NCBI GenBank assembly: GCA_044225505.1 | Contig: JBGAIN010000007.1 | Coordinates: 62,001-124,523, forward strand | Direction of reading: 5' to 3' | DNA: 62,523 nt | Source: Limisphaerales bacterium | Lineage (GTDB): Bacteria; Verrucomicrobiota; Verrucomicrobiia; Limisphaerales; SIBE01 | Shown: positions 32,801 to 47,800 of the stretch, in pieces | How positions within the stretch are numbered: the first letter of the stretch is position 1 | Layout of the letters: every line of letters begins with the position of its first letter | The notes under the pieces: model-generated | Told to the model about the DNA's origin: nothing | The model's input: the letters and a program-made list of their open reading frames with translations, nothing else | The model's database searches: none | Translations under genes and position numbers: made by a program

Positions 32801-35800
32801 AAGGACGAAGGCGTAACGATCCGTTTCGCCAGCCTTCAAGCTTTCCGCAATTGGGAGGTCCAAAAACTGCCGAGTCGCGCCTAGCACAGACTGAACAGAA
32901 TCGGTTCGAGCGACAGCCCCATTCGCATATGCAACCGAAAGACTCTCGCTCGCACCAGGTGCGACGATTGCGCTCAACTCGTGCCCCGAGCTCCCGGCAT
33001 AGCCGTAAACGGTTCGCTCTCCCGTGCGAACGTTCGTAGTGGATTGTAGGTTGCCGCTACCGTCGTAGCGGTAAACGAGCTGGGTGCCGTCAGGCGCTAG
33101 CACCGCGGTAATTCGACCGGCAGCGTCGCGTTGGAAGCTAAGGCGCTCCCCGTTGCTCGCAGTTACGCCACTGTCGCTCCAAATCAGATGCTCACCATTT
33201 GCGCCCGAAAGCCCGCGCAGTTGACCGCGTCCGTTGTAGTCGTAACGTGTCCCATCCGTGGCGACCAAGGAGAACGCGGCCGACTGGTTCGCATCCGTGA
33301 CGAACCCTTTCAGGTTATAGGGCAGCCCCGTTCCGACCATGTAAAATCCAGCACCGGCTTTCTCCAGCAGACCGCCCGTGGTCAGCAGCTGGTACGTGAC
33401 TCCGGAATCGGCTGTCCAGCCTGGCCGGTAGAGAGTGGTGCCGCCAACGGAAACCGCCTGCGGCGTGAAGGAAAAACCCACGCGTTGGCCAGAAGGCAAG
33501 TTGATATACGCGCGCGTCCCGGTGGTATACGGCGACACGTCGCCCGCTCCGCCGTCAGGCGGCAACACAACGTTCGTAGCGAAATGGGGATCAACTCCCA
33601 GCATTGCCCATCCGAAACCGAAACTGCCGATGACACTCTGCTCAGCGCTTGAATAGCGTCGGGCCACGACAACACGAACTCCCCCAAGCGTAACCGTTAG
33701 ATCGGTTGTGGATCTCTCAAATGCAGCTGATTTGGTTGCGGAGCTGATTTCAAGGACACGCGAAACGGCTGTGACCCGGCGGGCCATGTCCTGCGCCGTC
33801 AGACGCAGGACGTAAGCCCCATTGTTCAATCGAGCCGGATCAAGCTGGGCCAATTCCCCGTTGATCGCAGTTCGCCCCTGAACGAGCACCTGAAGGGAGT
33901 CACTTCCAAGGGGGCCGAATTCCAGGCGATAGAAATCAAGATTGGCGTCAAACACCGCGCCGTTGACGCTCACCGGGTTGCTGATGTTCGCGCCTTCTGC
34001 GGGCGAAGCAAGTTGAACGACTGGCGCTTGTTGATCCGCCAAATCGCGCACCCGCAGGTCGGCCGTGGCCGATCCGCTGAAGCCGTCAGCATCTCGCGCC
34101 GTGGCCGTGATGGTGTATTGCCCGGGCGCCGACGGTGTGAAGCGCACTCGTCCAAAGTCATCTGCAGATTGCACCTGACCGTTGATCGCGATTGTAATTC
34201 CGGTGATATCAGCCACGCTTGAAGCCCGCGTCTGAATCAGGACAGATTGTCCGCTCGGTACCGGGAAGCTGGGCGTGAACTCAATTGAGACGCTTGGAGG
34301 AACAGGCTCTCGCGATACGACCACGCGCAGGGCGCGACTTGCCTGTAGTTCGCCATCACGGACCGTAAATCGCAGATTTTGCTCGCCTGCTTGCGTCGGC
34401 AATGGCGTCCAAACGAGCTCTCCAGAGTCTTGGTTAAAAGTTGCCCCAGAAGGTAAGCCCGTCACCGCATATTCAAGCTTAGTGCCTTTGTCGGGATCCC
34501 GCGCCGGAACGATAAAACGAAATGGTGCGCCCACCAGGACGGTATGCGCGCCAAACGCATCGATGACGGGCGGCCGATTCAAGTTGAGCACCTGCAACGA
34601 AACGGTGCTTTCAACGGAAGCACCTTGCGGATCAGTAGCACGAAACCGGAGCGAGTACTGGCCGGCAGCGTCGTAGCTTGGAGTCCATTTAAATCCGGCC
34701 GTCGTCGAATCGAATTCAGCACCTGGCGGAAGCGTGCCAACATACTCGTAGCTAAGCGAATCGCCGTCGAGATCGCCGGCCACGACCGTAAATCCGAATT
34801 CGGCGCCTTCTTGTGCAATCAATCCTGGAGGTGTCGCGAAGCGTGGTACTGTGTTGGAATTGGTCACGGTAATTGTGAAAAGAATTTGCCCGCTGGCTGC
34901 TCCATCACTTGCGACCACTGTGATGGCGTATGTTCCCGCTTGCACGAAGTCAGGGGTCCAGAGCAAGCGGCCCGAATCGGGGGATAAAACGGCGCCGCGT
35001 GGGAGGCTCGCGCTTGACCAGGTCAGCTTATCACCATCGGGATCGCTGCCGGCGAAATCAATGGCGAGAGTCTGCTGTTCTGCAATCTGCCGATTTCCTG
35101 GGGACTGCAGCGTTGGAGGCGTGTTGGTGGCTCGAACCGTCAAGCTCACCGTTCGTTGGTCCCCCAAGGCGTTCGCCGTGACTCCATTGCCGGAATCTAT
35201 CACACGGAAAGTGATCGGATAGCTTCCGGCGTTCTCAGCCGCTGGGGTCCAGCGGAATTCGCTGACGCCATAAACTTGGGTCGGCTTGAACGTTGCCCCA
35301 GGAGGCAACCCCGTAGCCGAGAACGTAAGTTGATCCTCATCCAGATCCCGGGCTCTGACTTGGAAAACGATTTCCTTTCCAATCAAAGCTACCTTGTCAC
35401 CAAGGTAGTCGAGCTGCGGCATTGCGTTCGGAAGTTCAGCGGTTAGGACAAAGGTGTATTCGCCAAAAAGGGACTTTGAGGCATCGCCATTGCCATCGTC
35501 GGCAGCTCGAACAGTGATCGTGAAGTTGCCACGGTCCGTTAGGCCCGGATTCACCGTAATCTTCCCGTCACCATTGCCAACGCTCACGAAGTTTCCAAAC
35601 TGCGGAAGGCCAGACACCGTCAAAATCGGAGCATTCCCATCGGGATCGACGGCGTGCACTGGTATCTCCAGAACCTGGCCAGCTTTGACGGTTTGATTTG
35701 TCACCGGGCTCACGACGGGGACGAGATTGGCGTCCGCGACTTCGATCTGGATCGTGATTGAATCGTTGAGGGGTTGACCTGTCTCGTCCCCATCATCGGT

Positions 35801-38800
35801 GGCGGTAAAAGTGATCGAGTACGTTCCCGCCTGATTCGACCCAGGTGTCCAGCCTACGATCTGAGTCTTATCGTCATAGGTCATTCCAGGAGGGAGAGTG
35901 GTGTGCGTATAAGCAACTGTGTTCGTCAATCCGCTCAGCTCCGTCTCCACATCCGGCCCTGCCAAAATCGAATTTCCCACCAAGTTCGGATGATCAGGAT
36001 CATCGGCCGCGACGCGTATCAGCAGTTTCTGGCCTTCCAGCAAGACGAGCTTGTCGATCTGAGCAAACATGACGGGAGCATTGACGTTCAGCACCACCAG
36101 CTTCATCTCTTGGCTGGATCGCGCCTGACCATCCTCGGCATAGAATTGAAGCGTATACTCCCGGTGCTGGTCGTATCCTGGCGTCCAGGTGAACGCACCC
36201 GTGTCGGGATGCAGGAAGGCGCCCGGGGGCAAAAGCGGCGCTGAAAAAGTCACCGGATCGCCGTCGACATCCCGCGCGCTCAACGTGAAGCTGATAGTCT
36301 CGCCTTCCCGAATGGTTCGATCCACTACGGGTGCCAGTTCCGGAGCCTGATTCAAGTTCAAGACCAGAATTTCGAATCGCTCTGACACCACCTCGAAGCC
36401 GTCCGTGACAAACACTTCAATATCCGAGTAGCGACCGGCCGATTCCCCATCCGGACGCCATCGCAAGACTTGATCTATCGGATCGAATAACGCCCCGGGA
36501 GGAAGGCCATTGATCCCAAACGTCAGGCGATCTCCATCCGCATCGAAGGCGCTAGGCCGAACCTCGATTAGTTCGCCCTCCTTAACCGTTTTATTTCCAA
36601 CCGGGAATAGCACGGGTGCGGTGTTGCCCCCCTCCACTTGCACCTGCCACGACTGAGCAGCATACCCGCCGCGGTCGTCGTAGGCACGCAATTCAAACCC
36701 GACTTCGTTTCCTTCCCCCGCAGCGGGTGTCCAGTTGAGCTGTCCCGTCTTAGGATCCATGGTCACACCGGCCGGAGCGTCCACTAACGCATATACGACG
36801 CCCGTTCCATCCGGATCAGACGCAGCGGCGGTATAGGCATAGGCTTGTCCCACTTTCGCAAGCTTGCCGGGGATTGAGGAGAATTGCGGACGTTGGTTGG
36901 TGGGCAAACCGGCGAGTACTCTCGGCTGCAAATCCAAACGCAGCATCCCAGGGTCGCTTACGGTCACGGTCTTGATAATGGTGTCGCCGGGATTCAACAA
37001 AAGATTCGGCGAATCGTTTAAGTCAAGATACGGATGACCGTCAGCGGTGTGGCCACCCAGGCCGAGGAGTTCCGCTCCTTCTGTAGCTAATCCGGCAAAG
37101 ATCAAACGGATCGGCGCTGCCACTGCAAAGGAGAGTGCATTCTTTACCTCCACATCGAAGGAGACAGTCCCTTCGGCCCGATTTAGGCGCGTATCACTAA
37201 ACTTGGGGATCAACTGGTCCGTTACCTCGGTTAGGACAAAAAACTCGGTCGTGAAGTCCTCTGGTAATGCTACCCCAAGCTCGCTTTGTACGCCTTTAGA
37301 AACACGCAGCTCATATTTGTCCGGTGTCAACGNNNNNNNNNTCCGGCGAGTGGGGTCGTACTTTGCCAAACCCACCGTCACCGACTGTCCCGTGTTGAGA
37401 TTGCGAAGTTCGTAATTCGTCGGATTCAGCACCGAGGCCGCATCTCTTACCGTGCCCGCGAGCATATCGACATTAAAGGTCAACGAAGCACGGTTCACGA
37501 TAGGTGTGACGGCTGCGTCGGACAGAGGATTGCTCGCGATAATCTGCGGGGCAACCACTGGGAACAGCACCGTCACTTGGTCGCTCTGCGTGACAAAAAC
37601 CCGGCCATCTTTGTCGACATGAATGAAGTCGCCGCGGCTTCCACCTGCGGCCAAGTCGGAGTGCCGCAGCGAGACAGTATCAACCACCGTCAGTATTCCA
37701 CCTTCCGCATGCGTGACAAAAAGAAGGTTGGCCGTCGGCGTGCCAGGCGTTCCAAACGCGAGCCCTTCTGCTTCGTGCGCCAGTTCGAGGACGATCTCCG
37801 CCCGACCCCGCGAGTTGAATCGCACGATTTGTCCGCCTTTGGGCCACGTGGTTCCCCAAAGCGTCCCGTCGGGGGCAAGAGCAAGACCATCAACTCGTGT
37901 TTCCGAAAATGCACTGAACTGGGCCGTTTTCGGGTCGAACACCTCAACGCCGTTCCGAGTCGAAACGAAGAGTCGGTTCCGTGCAACGTCAACGGCAAGC
38001 CCAAGGTTAATTCCGTCGCCGTATTGTTGAAGAATGACGCCTGTCGCAGGATCAAGTTGAACGAGCGGCCCGCCTCCGGTGGTGGCCCACAACAAGCCGT
38101 TCCCGTCGAAACCCATGTCATAGATCGGCAGGTCCAGGGTCGCGAGTGGCTGTGAGGCGATTTCGCCCGCCAATGAAAACTTCCAAACCTGATTGCGACC
38201 AGGACCGCCGCTGATCAGCACGGATTGGCCGTCTGGAGAAAAGGCAATGCCCAAAGGTCCAATCCCGGCACCTGACTGCGGTATGTTTGTTGTAAAGGCC
38301 GACGCGGAAAAGGGTTCAAAGACAACGCCAAATGCGGATGGCCTAACGGTCGATTGCCGCCCAGGAGTCCGAAGCAAAACCTGAGTATAGAGCGGGTTTG
38401 TGGAAGGCCCATCCGGGGCCGGAACTCGAGTCAGTTCAGATGCGCTGGGAGCAGGCGCTTCAGGAAGCGTTCCTAAATTGACCGACGGGAACAACGGCGC
38501 GACCAACACCCCTTCTGGGCTCCGTTCAATGTTGCCCGCGTTGTCCTGTGCCCGAACGACGAACAAAGCCGGCAGGCTATCCGGGCTTTCAAACACTAGC
38601 GAAGTGTCCGTCGTCCTGCTCTGGAACACCACGAACGGTCCGCCGTCCAAGGAAACGTAAACCGTGTATTCTTTGACTCCCGATCCGAGCGCATTATCTG
38701 TGGCGCTCCAGTTCAGCGAGTAAGTGGCACCGGTCTGAGCCACCTGGAGATTGGTTTGAGGGGCGGCGGCATCGAGCACAGCGTCGTGGGTATTGGAATC

Positions 38801-41800
38801 CAAAGGCGCGTCGGCGTTGTAGATCACGCGGGCCGTGGCCGACAGGGTGGCCCCGCTCACCGCCGCGCCACTCGCCTCAATCGTATATCCCACAACCCCG
38901 GCAGCCCCTGGCAAGAGCAAGCCTTGCGGCTGGTTGGTTTGCGCGTTGCGCCCGCGCAACACGAGCCCCGTGTCAGGGTCGATCGCTCGAATGAGCCAGG
39001 TGGCCAGGCCGGATTCCACATCCACTCCCGCCGTGACTTGAATCACGTAACCGCGCGTGTCTGAAAAATCGAATTCACCCGTAAACGACGCGCGTTCGGG
39101 CAAGTCCAAAAGCAAATCCCCCAATTGCAGATCGCTCAGCCGGAACGTTCGCGGGTCCAGGTCAGCGTCCAATTGCTGCAGGATGCGGATTTCATTCACG
39201 GCTTCCTTCGCTTCCGATAGTTGTTCAAACCGGACGCTATACGGGAGTCCAAGTCCGGCCGGCACAAAGTTGGAATCACCAAAGCCCGTCGGACCGGTTA
39301 ACCGGACTAACCGGCTGCGTGCGCCTGTCAGCCCAAAGAGGTCATTCAAGGGCGAGTCCTCAATCACGGGTGCTGTCTCCAGAGCTTCCACCAGGGCCTT
39401 GGCCGTCACCCGGATCACGAACGCTTCAACGCGCGTCGGTGTGCTCTGCCCCAGATCGAACCGGGACGCATCGGGAATATCCGATGAGCCGTAGGCATCG
39501 GGCTGATCTCCCGCCCAACGCCGCAGCAGTTTAAAAAACGACGCTAGATTACCCGCCGCCACTAGCGGCGCACCATTTTCCCCGCCCAAGAGTCCCGCGG
39601 CCATGACAGCGACCGCTCCTGTGAACTGCGGCGCCTCCCGAATCCCGGGCGGAAGGTCCTCCTGCCGAAGTTGGCCCGAATCGGCCAACGCGGCTAGATA
39701 GAGATTGGTGAAATTGGTCTTATCCGCTGCCACGGTGCGGAGGGCTTGCGGGGCTTGGTCATCCGCGAGAATCGCCTGGCGCAAGGAATCCGCCTTGGCG
39801 CTTTGGTAATCGACATACTCGCGGGCCGTCATGGGGGTGACCGTGGCGAAGATGTAAAACTTGAACTCCAAGTCCGACGCTTCAAAAGCCGCTAATGATT
39901 CCAGGAACTTCGGGTTCACCCGCAGGATTTCGTTCAGCTCCGGATACACTTCCACCAGGAACGAAACCGCTCCGAAACCCTGGTTATGCAAATCAAACAC
40001 GAACCCTTCCGCCGTTAAAATGCCGTCTCGATTAATCACCGGGTCCAGTTCTGGCCAGGGCACCCCGGCCAGGGTCGGCGAGCCGGTGAAGTTGGTCGAG
40101 AAACGCAGCTTCTCGCCGGTCGACGTCAATCCGCCTCCTAACGGTTGCCCGGCCAGGAGCGGATTGTTCGGCAGCCGGGGAACACCAAAGGAGATATGGG
40201 CGTAGGGAACGTCCAGATTCGAGAGGTTGAGAGTTCCAGATTGATACAGCGCGGGCGAAGTTCCCGTCAGGGAGACAGGGATTTCACTCGGACCTCCGAG
40301 GCCCACGGTTGCGTCGATCGGCAACGCTCCTTCGATCAAGAAGCGGTAGGGCACAATCGCCGTCGCCCCGTTCGGGTTGGTCACCTGCACGTCATAAAGT
40401 CCGTGCGGCGCCCCGCGCAGATCGAATGTGGCGACGATCCGGGTCGCATCCATCACCTGGTAGCTAACCGGCGCGAACTCCGCAAATTGAGGACGAATCA
40501 ATTTTAAGGTCGCTTGGGGATCAAATCTGGCGCCGGTCACAGTCACTGTGACATAACGCCCGTCCCCGCCCGTGTCTGGTGTGACATCCGAAATGCCGAA
40601 CGGCACCAAGGTGGCCGTGAGGGTCATCGGAACGTCTTTGAACCGCGGGGGCGAGTTCAGGCCGAGGGACGGGTCCCGGAAGTTGCGCACTCGGATATAG
40701 TAAGTCCCACCTTCGGTCCGCCCGACGAGCGCCGTTTGGTCTCCTTGCAACCCACCTGAGAACGCCGCATCAAAGGCTCGAGAACTGGGCAGGCCTTCAT
40801 GGAGGACATAGAGTTCATTGGCCAACCCATCGTTAGCGCTGTTTAAAGCGATGCGCAACGTCTCGCCCGCTGGCACCTCCACTCGGAAGAGCAGATCTTC
40901 GCCGTCGGAAAGCAAGTCGCTAAACGGCACGCCTATTTGGAGTGTGGGAATCGTGATCGCAATCGTCCCCGCGGAAGCACTGGCATTATTCCGATTGTTC
41001 TCTCCTTCGTAGATGTCATCGAAAATATCCGTGCGCACAATGATGCGGTAATCCGCGGGCAGTGCGACCGGCATTTGCACGGTGGCACTGAACGTGTAGC
41101 TGGCTCCTGGGGCCAGGGTTTGCGGCGCAAAATCCTGGTTGATGATCAGCCGGTCTCCCAAATCCCACGTTGTATCGCGGGAGAGAAAAGCCGCATCCGC
41201 CCAGCGACCGATGGCCGGTTCCACCCCTTTATTGGTCACCTTCCACGTGAAAGTTACTTGCTGGCCGGGCAAGGCTTGCGACGGCACGGAAATCAGATCG
41301 ACTTGAAGATCGGACGGTGGCGGGATTTCGATCAACATCGGCACCGCCGTCGCCGCGCTGTTATTGAGCTCATTGCTCCCCTCGTATACCTGTCCCCGTG
41401 GCCGCAGGCCGTCCGGAACATCGGTCAGAACCATGACATAGTACGGCCCGATCAGCCCGCGCGGGACGTTCAAGGTCAAGGTGACGGTATAACTGCCATT
41501 GGCTGCGAGCGCTCCCTTGTGTTGCACCGCGCTGACGTAATGATCCCCCCGGGCATCCAGATACTGATCGCGCGAGAGGTAAACGTAATCCAGCCATTCG
41601 CTCTGCCGTTCCGGAACGAGCCCCGCACTCGCGTTCCGCACCGTGTAACTCACCTCAAACTGCCGGCCCGTAAACACTCGTTCCGGACTCGTGACACTCG
41701 TTACCCGCAGGTCTGGCGCAATCACGGGCGTCACCACAATCGATTGCACCGCGGTATTGTTAAACTCGTCCCGATACTCCAGCACCAGACCATCACCCCC

Positions 41801-44800
41801 ACCCCCCAACCGCGCGGGGCCGCTTGTCTCCGGATACGGCAACGATACCGCTCCAGAGGCAGGCGGAGCGAACGGGGAATCGGCAAACGCAACCAAATTG
41901 AAGTTGCCTGAAAAATTATCCGGCAACTGCACCTCACCGGTCACCGTGTATTCCGCCCCGGGTTCGAGCACGCCCCGGTGGACGAAATCACCCACCAAGG
42001 CATCGTACAGGTCCAGCGATCCATCGATCGAAACGTAGACTCGATCCATCCAACGGTCCGTCCGCGTGGCGCGCGTGCCGGCGTTCTTGACCGTGAAGGA
42101 GACGTTCAAGAAGGAGCCCGATCCAGAGGTCGTCGGCACGACCGCGAAATGGGTGACCCGCAGATCCGCTTCCCGATACGTCACCGTTATCGGGCTGGAT
42201 GTGCTCAAGTTGTTCCGCCGGTCGGGCTGCTCCCAGACTGTGCTACGGAAGTAATCCGGCCAATCCGGATAGGAACCTTTCCCTGGAGCCTCGAACGAAG
42301 GGCCAAAGCGGCCCACGGTCGTCGAGGTCACAACGTGCACATAATAACGTCCTTCCACCCCCGCTGGAACATTCACGCTCAGCTTGGCCGTGTAAGTAGC
42401 CCCCGGGGCCAACGGCTCCGCGGACACGTGCACCAAGGACCCGACGTACGCGGACCGTTCCCAGATGAAAGTCGGATCCGGCGAAATGAAAACGTGATCG
42501 GTCCAGCGTTGTGTCCCGCTGTAGACAGGGTTCGCGCCCTGGTTCTTCACGGTCCAGGTCACTTCGATCGCCTCGCCCGAGAACGAAGTGGCCGGCACGA
42601 CGATCGACGTGACCACCAGATCCGCTGGGATATCGGTGATGTTACTCGCTGCCGCCCGCGTGTTATTGGCGGTCAGTCCACGTTCAAACACCAACTTCGG
42701 CCCGGCCTGCCCATCGCCCGTCAGAATCTTGAGAATGTCATTACGAGAAAACTTCTGCAGATCCACTCCGCGTGCTTCGGCCAACGGTTTTCCGATCGCT
42801 TGCTCCGCCCGCTGCACGATGCCGGCGATCTGGGCCAGGAACGAATCCTCCACGGTTAAAAGCCGGTCTGGATTCGCATTGGTTTGCACGATAAAGTGCG
42901 TTCCGTGCGCCGAGGGAGGCAAAACAAAAGTCGCCGTTTCCGTATACGACTGGCCCACTTCCAGTCCCCCAAAGTGAGGCAAGCCAAAAACCAGCGTGTC
43001 GTTACCGTCGAAAACGTCGTTATCCGACAGGTAAATTAACTCGGCCCAACGATCCACGTCCGTCCGCGCCGATCCTTTATTGGCGACGGTGTAAGTCAGC
43101 GTTACCGACTCCCCTCCTTTCCCGGCCGAGGGCGCTTGCACGTTGGTCACTTCCAGATCCGCCGGCGGCGTTGGAATGATCGTGATGGGGGTCGCCTTGA
43201 GATTGCTGCTCTCCAGATCATGGGGGATCGCTGGATTAAGGTTCTCGTCAAAGGCGAGTTCAAACACACTGTCGCCGCTATCGGCCCAGACCATCAGATA
43301 GTAAAGCCCGCCTTGATCCAGCAGCGGAATCTTGACCGTCGCCGACGCTTCGTAGAACTGTCCGGGATCCAGCGCTCCGTTATGTCCCACCGTTCCCAGA
43401 TAAACATCACCGAACACCCCAGGCCGACGATTGGCCGCAGGGACTAGCCAGACGCTGTCACTCCAACCCGCTGGACGAGTCACACCGGCGCCCAAATTGG
43501 CCACCCGATAACGCACCGTGATGGTGCTCCCGTCAAACGAATCGAGCGGCGCGGCCACGCTTTGCACCACCAGGTCCGGGGGTGGGACCGGCGTCACGTC
43601 GACAAAAAGCGGCGCCGCTTTAGAGTTATCATTCTCGCCAATATCCTCTCCTTGCCCGTTGCGTCCCTGAAACTCGTCGACTTGCCGGAATGCGTCCGCA
43701 AGAACCACGATAAAATATTCGCCAGCCGCCTCCCGCTTGACGGTGAAGGTCGCCCGGGTGCTGTAAGCCTGTCCAGGTTCCAGGGCACTGCCGTTGGCTA
43801 TTGCACCCAGTAGTAAGCCCCCTGGTTGATTGTTATTGGCCAGATATACGTAATCCGTCCAGCGCGATCCCCCGGTCGGTGTCGGGGCCGAACCGGTATT
43901 GGTCACCGTAAATTCCACATCTATCACCGCGCCGCTGGTCACCTGGACCGGTCCTGACACTTGCGTCACTTGCAGGTTTGGACGCGCCAGCAATCGAACG
44001 GTCGTGGGGGCACTGGCCAACGTGGTATTGTTCGTCTCAATATCCTCCGCCACCTCGGTGCTGGCATCTGTCCGCACCACCACTTGATAGATCCCTTGCA
44101 TGTGCGCCGGGACCGTCACCAGTTCGGTGCGTGTATAAGAGCGGCCCGCTTCCAGGATCTGCGCTTGGCGGAACGATCCGATCACTATCCCTTGCGTCAC
44201 GTCGCCATTAGGTGCCAGATAGATGGTGTCCACCCAACTGCCGCTCACCGGATCGCCTGACGGATCGGCATTGCGCACGGTCCAGCTCACTTCCATCGCC
44301 GCCCCATCCAGCACCTGGTCCGCTGCTTTGACCCCTTCCACCACCAGATCTCCCGTGGGCGGAGCCACGTAATTGACGCTGATAGCTTCCGAACGGGCTT
44401 GATTATTGTTCGTGTAAATGAACTCAAACGGCCCACGGGTTCCAACGTAGAGGTATTGCGCTCCGGCCGGCGTATCCATCGGCAAGCTCAGATCCACCGA
44501 CGCCGTGTAGCTCTGTCGCAACCCGAGCGCCCCAAAATGGGTCAGAGAACCGATCGCTCTCAAGTTTCGGCCGTCCGGGCTCGCACTCAGGTAAATTTGA
44601 TCCGACCAACTTGAATCATTGGTCGCTCCAATCCCGTTGGGCGAGACGTTGGAGACAATCCAACTGACCCGAATCGGGGCGCCGTTGCGGTATCCGGCCG
44701 TGGCGTCCAGCGCCTGCACCGTCACGGTCTCTACGGTTAGGTCCGCGTAAGGAATACGGACCACATCCACCGGGGCGCGCTGTCCAACGTTGCTCCGCGT

Positions 44801-47800
44801 GTTGGTATGCTCAAACACCACGTCGGTAGAGTCAGTCTGCACAAACAGCGTGAACCGGCCCTGCAAACCGGGCGGCAGCGCAATCACCTGCGAGACCGAA
44901 TAGGATTCATTCACCGGCACGAGGCCGTTGTGCAAATACTCCCCTAACAGGCGGTCATCGCCGTTGCCCAACTTATCGTCCGTCGATAGCACCACCCGAT
45001 CGATCCAAGAATCCACCGCGCCGATCCCCGTGCCGTGGTTGGCTACGGTCCAGGACACCGTCAAATCCACCGGGTCTCCCACGAGCAAGTCCTGCGCGCT
45101 GACCTGGGTGACTTCAAGATCCGCGTAGGGTTGCAATGCCACCGCCACCACCCCGGAAGCTCGAACATTGTTCCCTTCCCCAGCCGCCTCCACCACTCCC
45201 TCCGCCGCATCGGCCACCACCAGAATGCGGAAGTTCCCCTCGATCCCCTTGGGTAACCGAACCTGTGCGTTCCCCTGGTAGGTTTCGCCCGGTGCCAGCG
45301 TTCCGCCATGGGAAAGTTCGCCCAACCTCACATCCTCACTGGACAACCGATCATCCACGGAGAGATAAATTCGGTCCACCCACGCCCCTTGGACCGCTCC
45401 GGTTCCCGTGTTCTGCGCTGTCCAACTCACGTCCACGTCCGCGTCCGATTGGGACGCCGCGGGCGCGTTGACCCCCGTGACGACCAAGTCCCCGTGCGCA
45501 ATGGCGAGGGCCTGCCCTGCCGCCCGGACGTTGTTCCCTTCCGCGTCCCGCTCGAAGACTTGCTCCGCCTGATCGGTGACCACAACCACGTAGTAGTCCC
45601 CGTCCGCCAGGTTGGGAACGGCCATGGTTTCTGTGCGCGTATACGTGGTTCCTGGGGCCAGGTCGGTTTGGCGGACGAACGATCCGATGGGTGTCGCTCC
45701 ATTGATAGAGGCGGCGCTGCTCTTGGAGAGGTAAACACGGTCTAACCAACTGGCCCGAGCCGACCCTCCACCCTCGTTACGCACCGTCCACGTCACCGAA
45801 ATCGGTTGAGCAACAACCCCCGTCGCCGAAGATTTAACCTCGAGCACCACCAGATCCGCCACCGTCGAAAGCGCCACTTGCAAGCTGGAAGCACTGCGCG
45901 CGGTGTTGTTCCCTTCGGCCCCTTCCTCCGTCAACTGATTGAGCGCGTCCGTTTGGACAAACACCCAGTAGACACCTGCGGTCAGGTTCTCGGGCAGCGC
46001 GACCGTTTCATTTCGCGTGTAGGACCCATCCACTCCCAGCGGCGCCGTATTGGCCACGGTCCCGAGGAGGACATCGTTGCCAAACTTATCGTCACTCGAA
46101 AGGTAAACTCGGTCGGACCAAGTCCCGGAGGTGGTGGCCGCGCTTCCTTGATTGGTAACTCGCCACGACACGGCAATCGGCGCACCACTGGCCCCCGTGC
46201 CCGGAACGCTCACCGAATCGACGATCAGATCGTTAGGCGACCGCGCCGCTCCGATGGTCAGATCCGCAACCGTTCGATTGTTCGTTTCGTCCGCCTCTAA
46301 CACCGCCCCCCCGGCATCGAGGACAACAAAAAGCTTATACGCCCCTTGGATGCCGAAGGGCACCGTGGCCGTCACCGCTGCATCGTAGGAAGCTCCTGGA
46401 GCCAGATCAGTGGTGCGTTGGAACGTTCCCAGCACCACATCGTCCGCATTGCCGTAAACATCGTCTTGCGACAGAACGACCCGATCGGTCCAGGGTCCCT
46501 TGGCATTGTCGGTGCCGCCGTTGGCCGCGGTCCATCGGAGCGCCACGCTATCGCCGTTGCGTGCACTCGCTGGCAAGTTCGTCGATCCAATCGCTAAATC
46601 TGGCGAAATCACCGTCACGGAGAAGGCATAAACATCACCGCCAGCCTCCCCGTTCGTTCCGTTTTGGTTCTGATCCAGCTTGTTCCCCAGCAGATCCTGA
46701 ATATCCGGCCCGACCCCAATCTCCAGTTTCCCAGCCTTCTGCTCGGTGAACCGGATCGTATAATGCGTTTTATCCACGCGCTGCACCCCACCAACCACAA
46801 TCGCTCCCGCCGGTCCGTTCAACACCACGTCCGCTCCCGTAAACGTCTCCGGTTTGATCTCTTCGCTGAACTCCAGCGTTATGGAGCTAAGCGGGGCTGC
46901 CACCGTCCCAGTCGCTGAGCTTCCGATCACCCGCGGACCGGTCGCATCGACCGTGAACTTCCCACGATACTGATCCTCGGTCGCTTCCCCAGGGCGACCG
47001 TCCTGGTCTTGATCCATCCGGGTTCCCCCGGCATCGGCAATATTCGGTCCAACCACTAGAGTGTATTCGCCGCTGGTGACAATGGGTCCGAGCGTGACCC
47101 GGTAGGTCGAGTCCTTCACCAAACTTATCGCCGCCACGGGAACGATCCCTTGGGGGCCCGTCACCACGACGGTGTCCGGGGTCAACGTCGCCAGGCGCAA
47201 GGGCTCACTGAACACCAACTCGAACGCGTTGACCGGTCCAGCCACGATTCCTTTCAACGATTGATCCAGAACCAACGGCCCGACGTTATCCACTCGCAAA
47301 TGGCCAAGGTATCGATCGTCAAACTCACCGGACGTGCCGTTCCCGTTCTGGTCGAGAAGATTCCCCGCCAGATCCGTTAAGTCCGGTCCCACTTGTAACT
47401 CGTAATCGCCTTCGGAAGTGATTTGGGTGAATTCGACTCGGATCTTTTCCGGAGCCAATTGCCGAATTTGGGTCGGCGTTACCAACCCATCCGGCCCACG
47501 CAAGCGGAAATCCTCCACCGACACACTCGACAAGGCCACCGCTGCCGAAAAAGTCACGTCAATGTGATCCAGAATGCCAAGGATGCGATCCTGCGGCTCT
47601 TGCCCAATCACACGCAGCGGCTGCCGGGCTATTTCGAAGGATCCAGCGTAAACGTCACTCTGTTCCCCCCGAACCCCATTGCCGTTTTGATCCAAGGGAT
47701 TGCCCGAGGCGTCGTTGATCTCCGGCCCAACTTCAATCCGGTAACTACCGTTCGGCGCGATCACTCCGAAGCGAACCCGAAAATCGGTCGCCACCAGACC

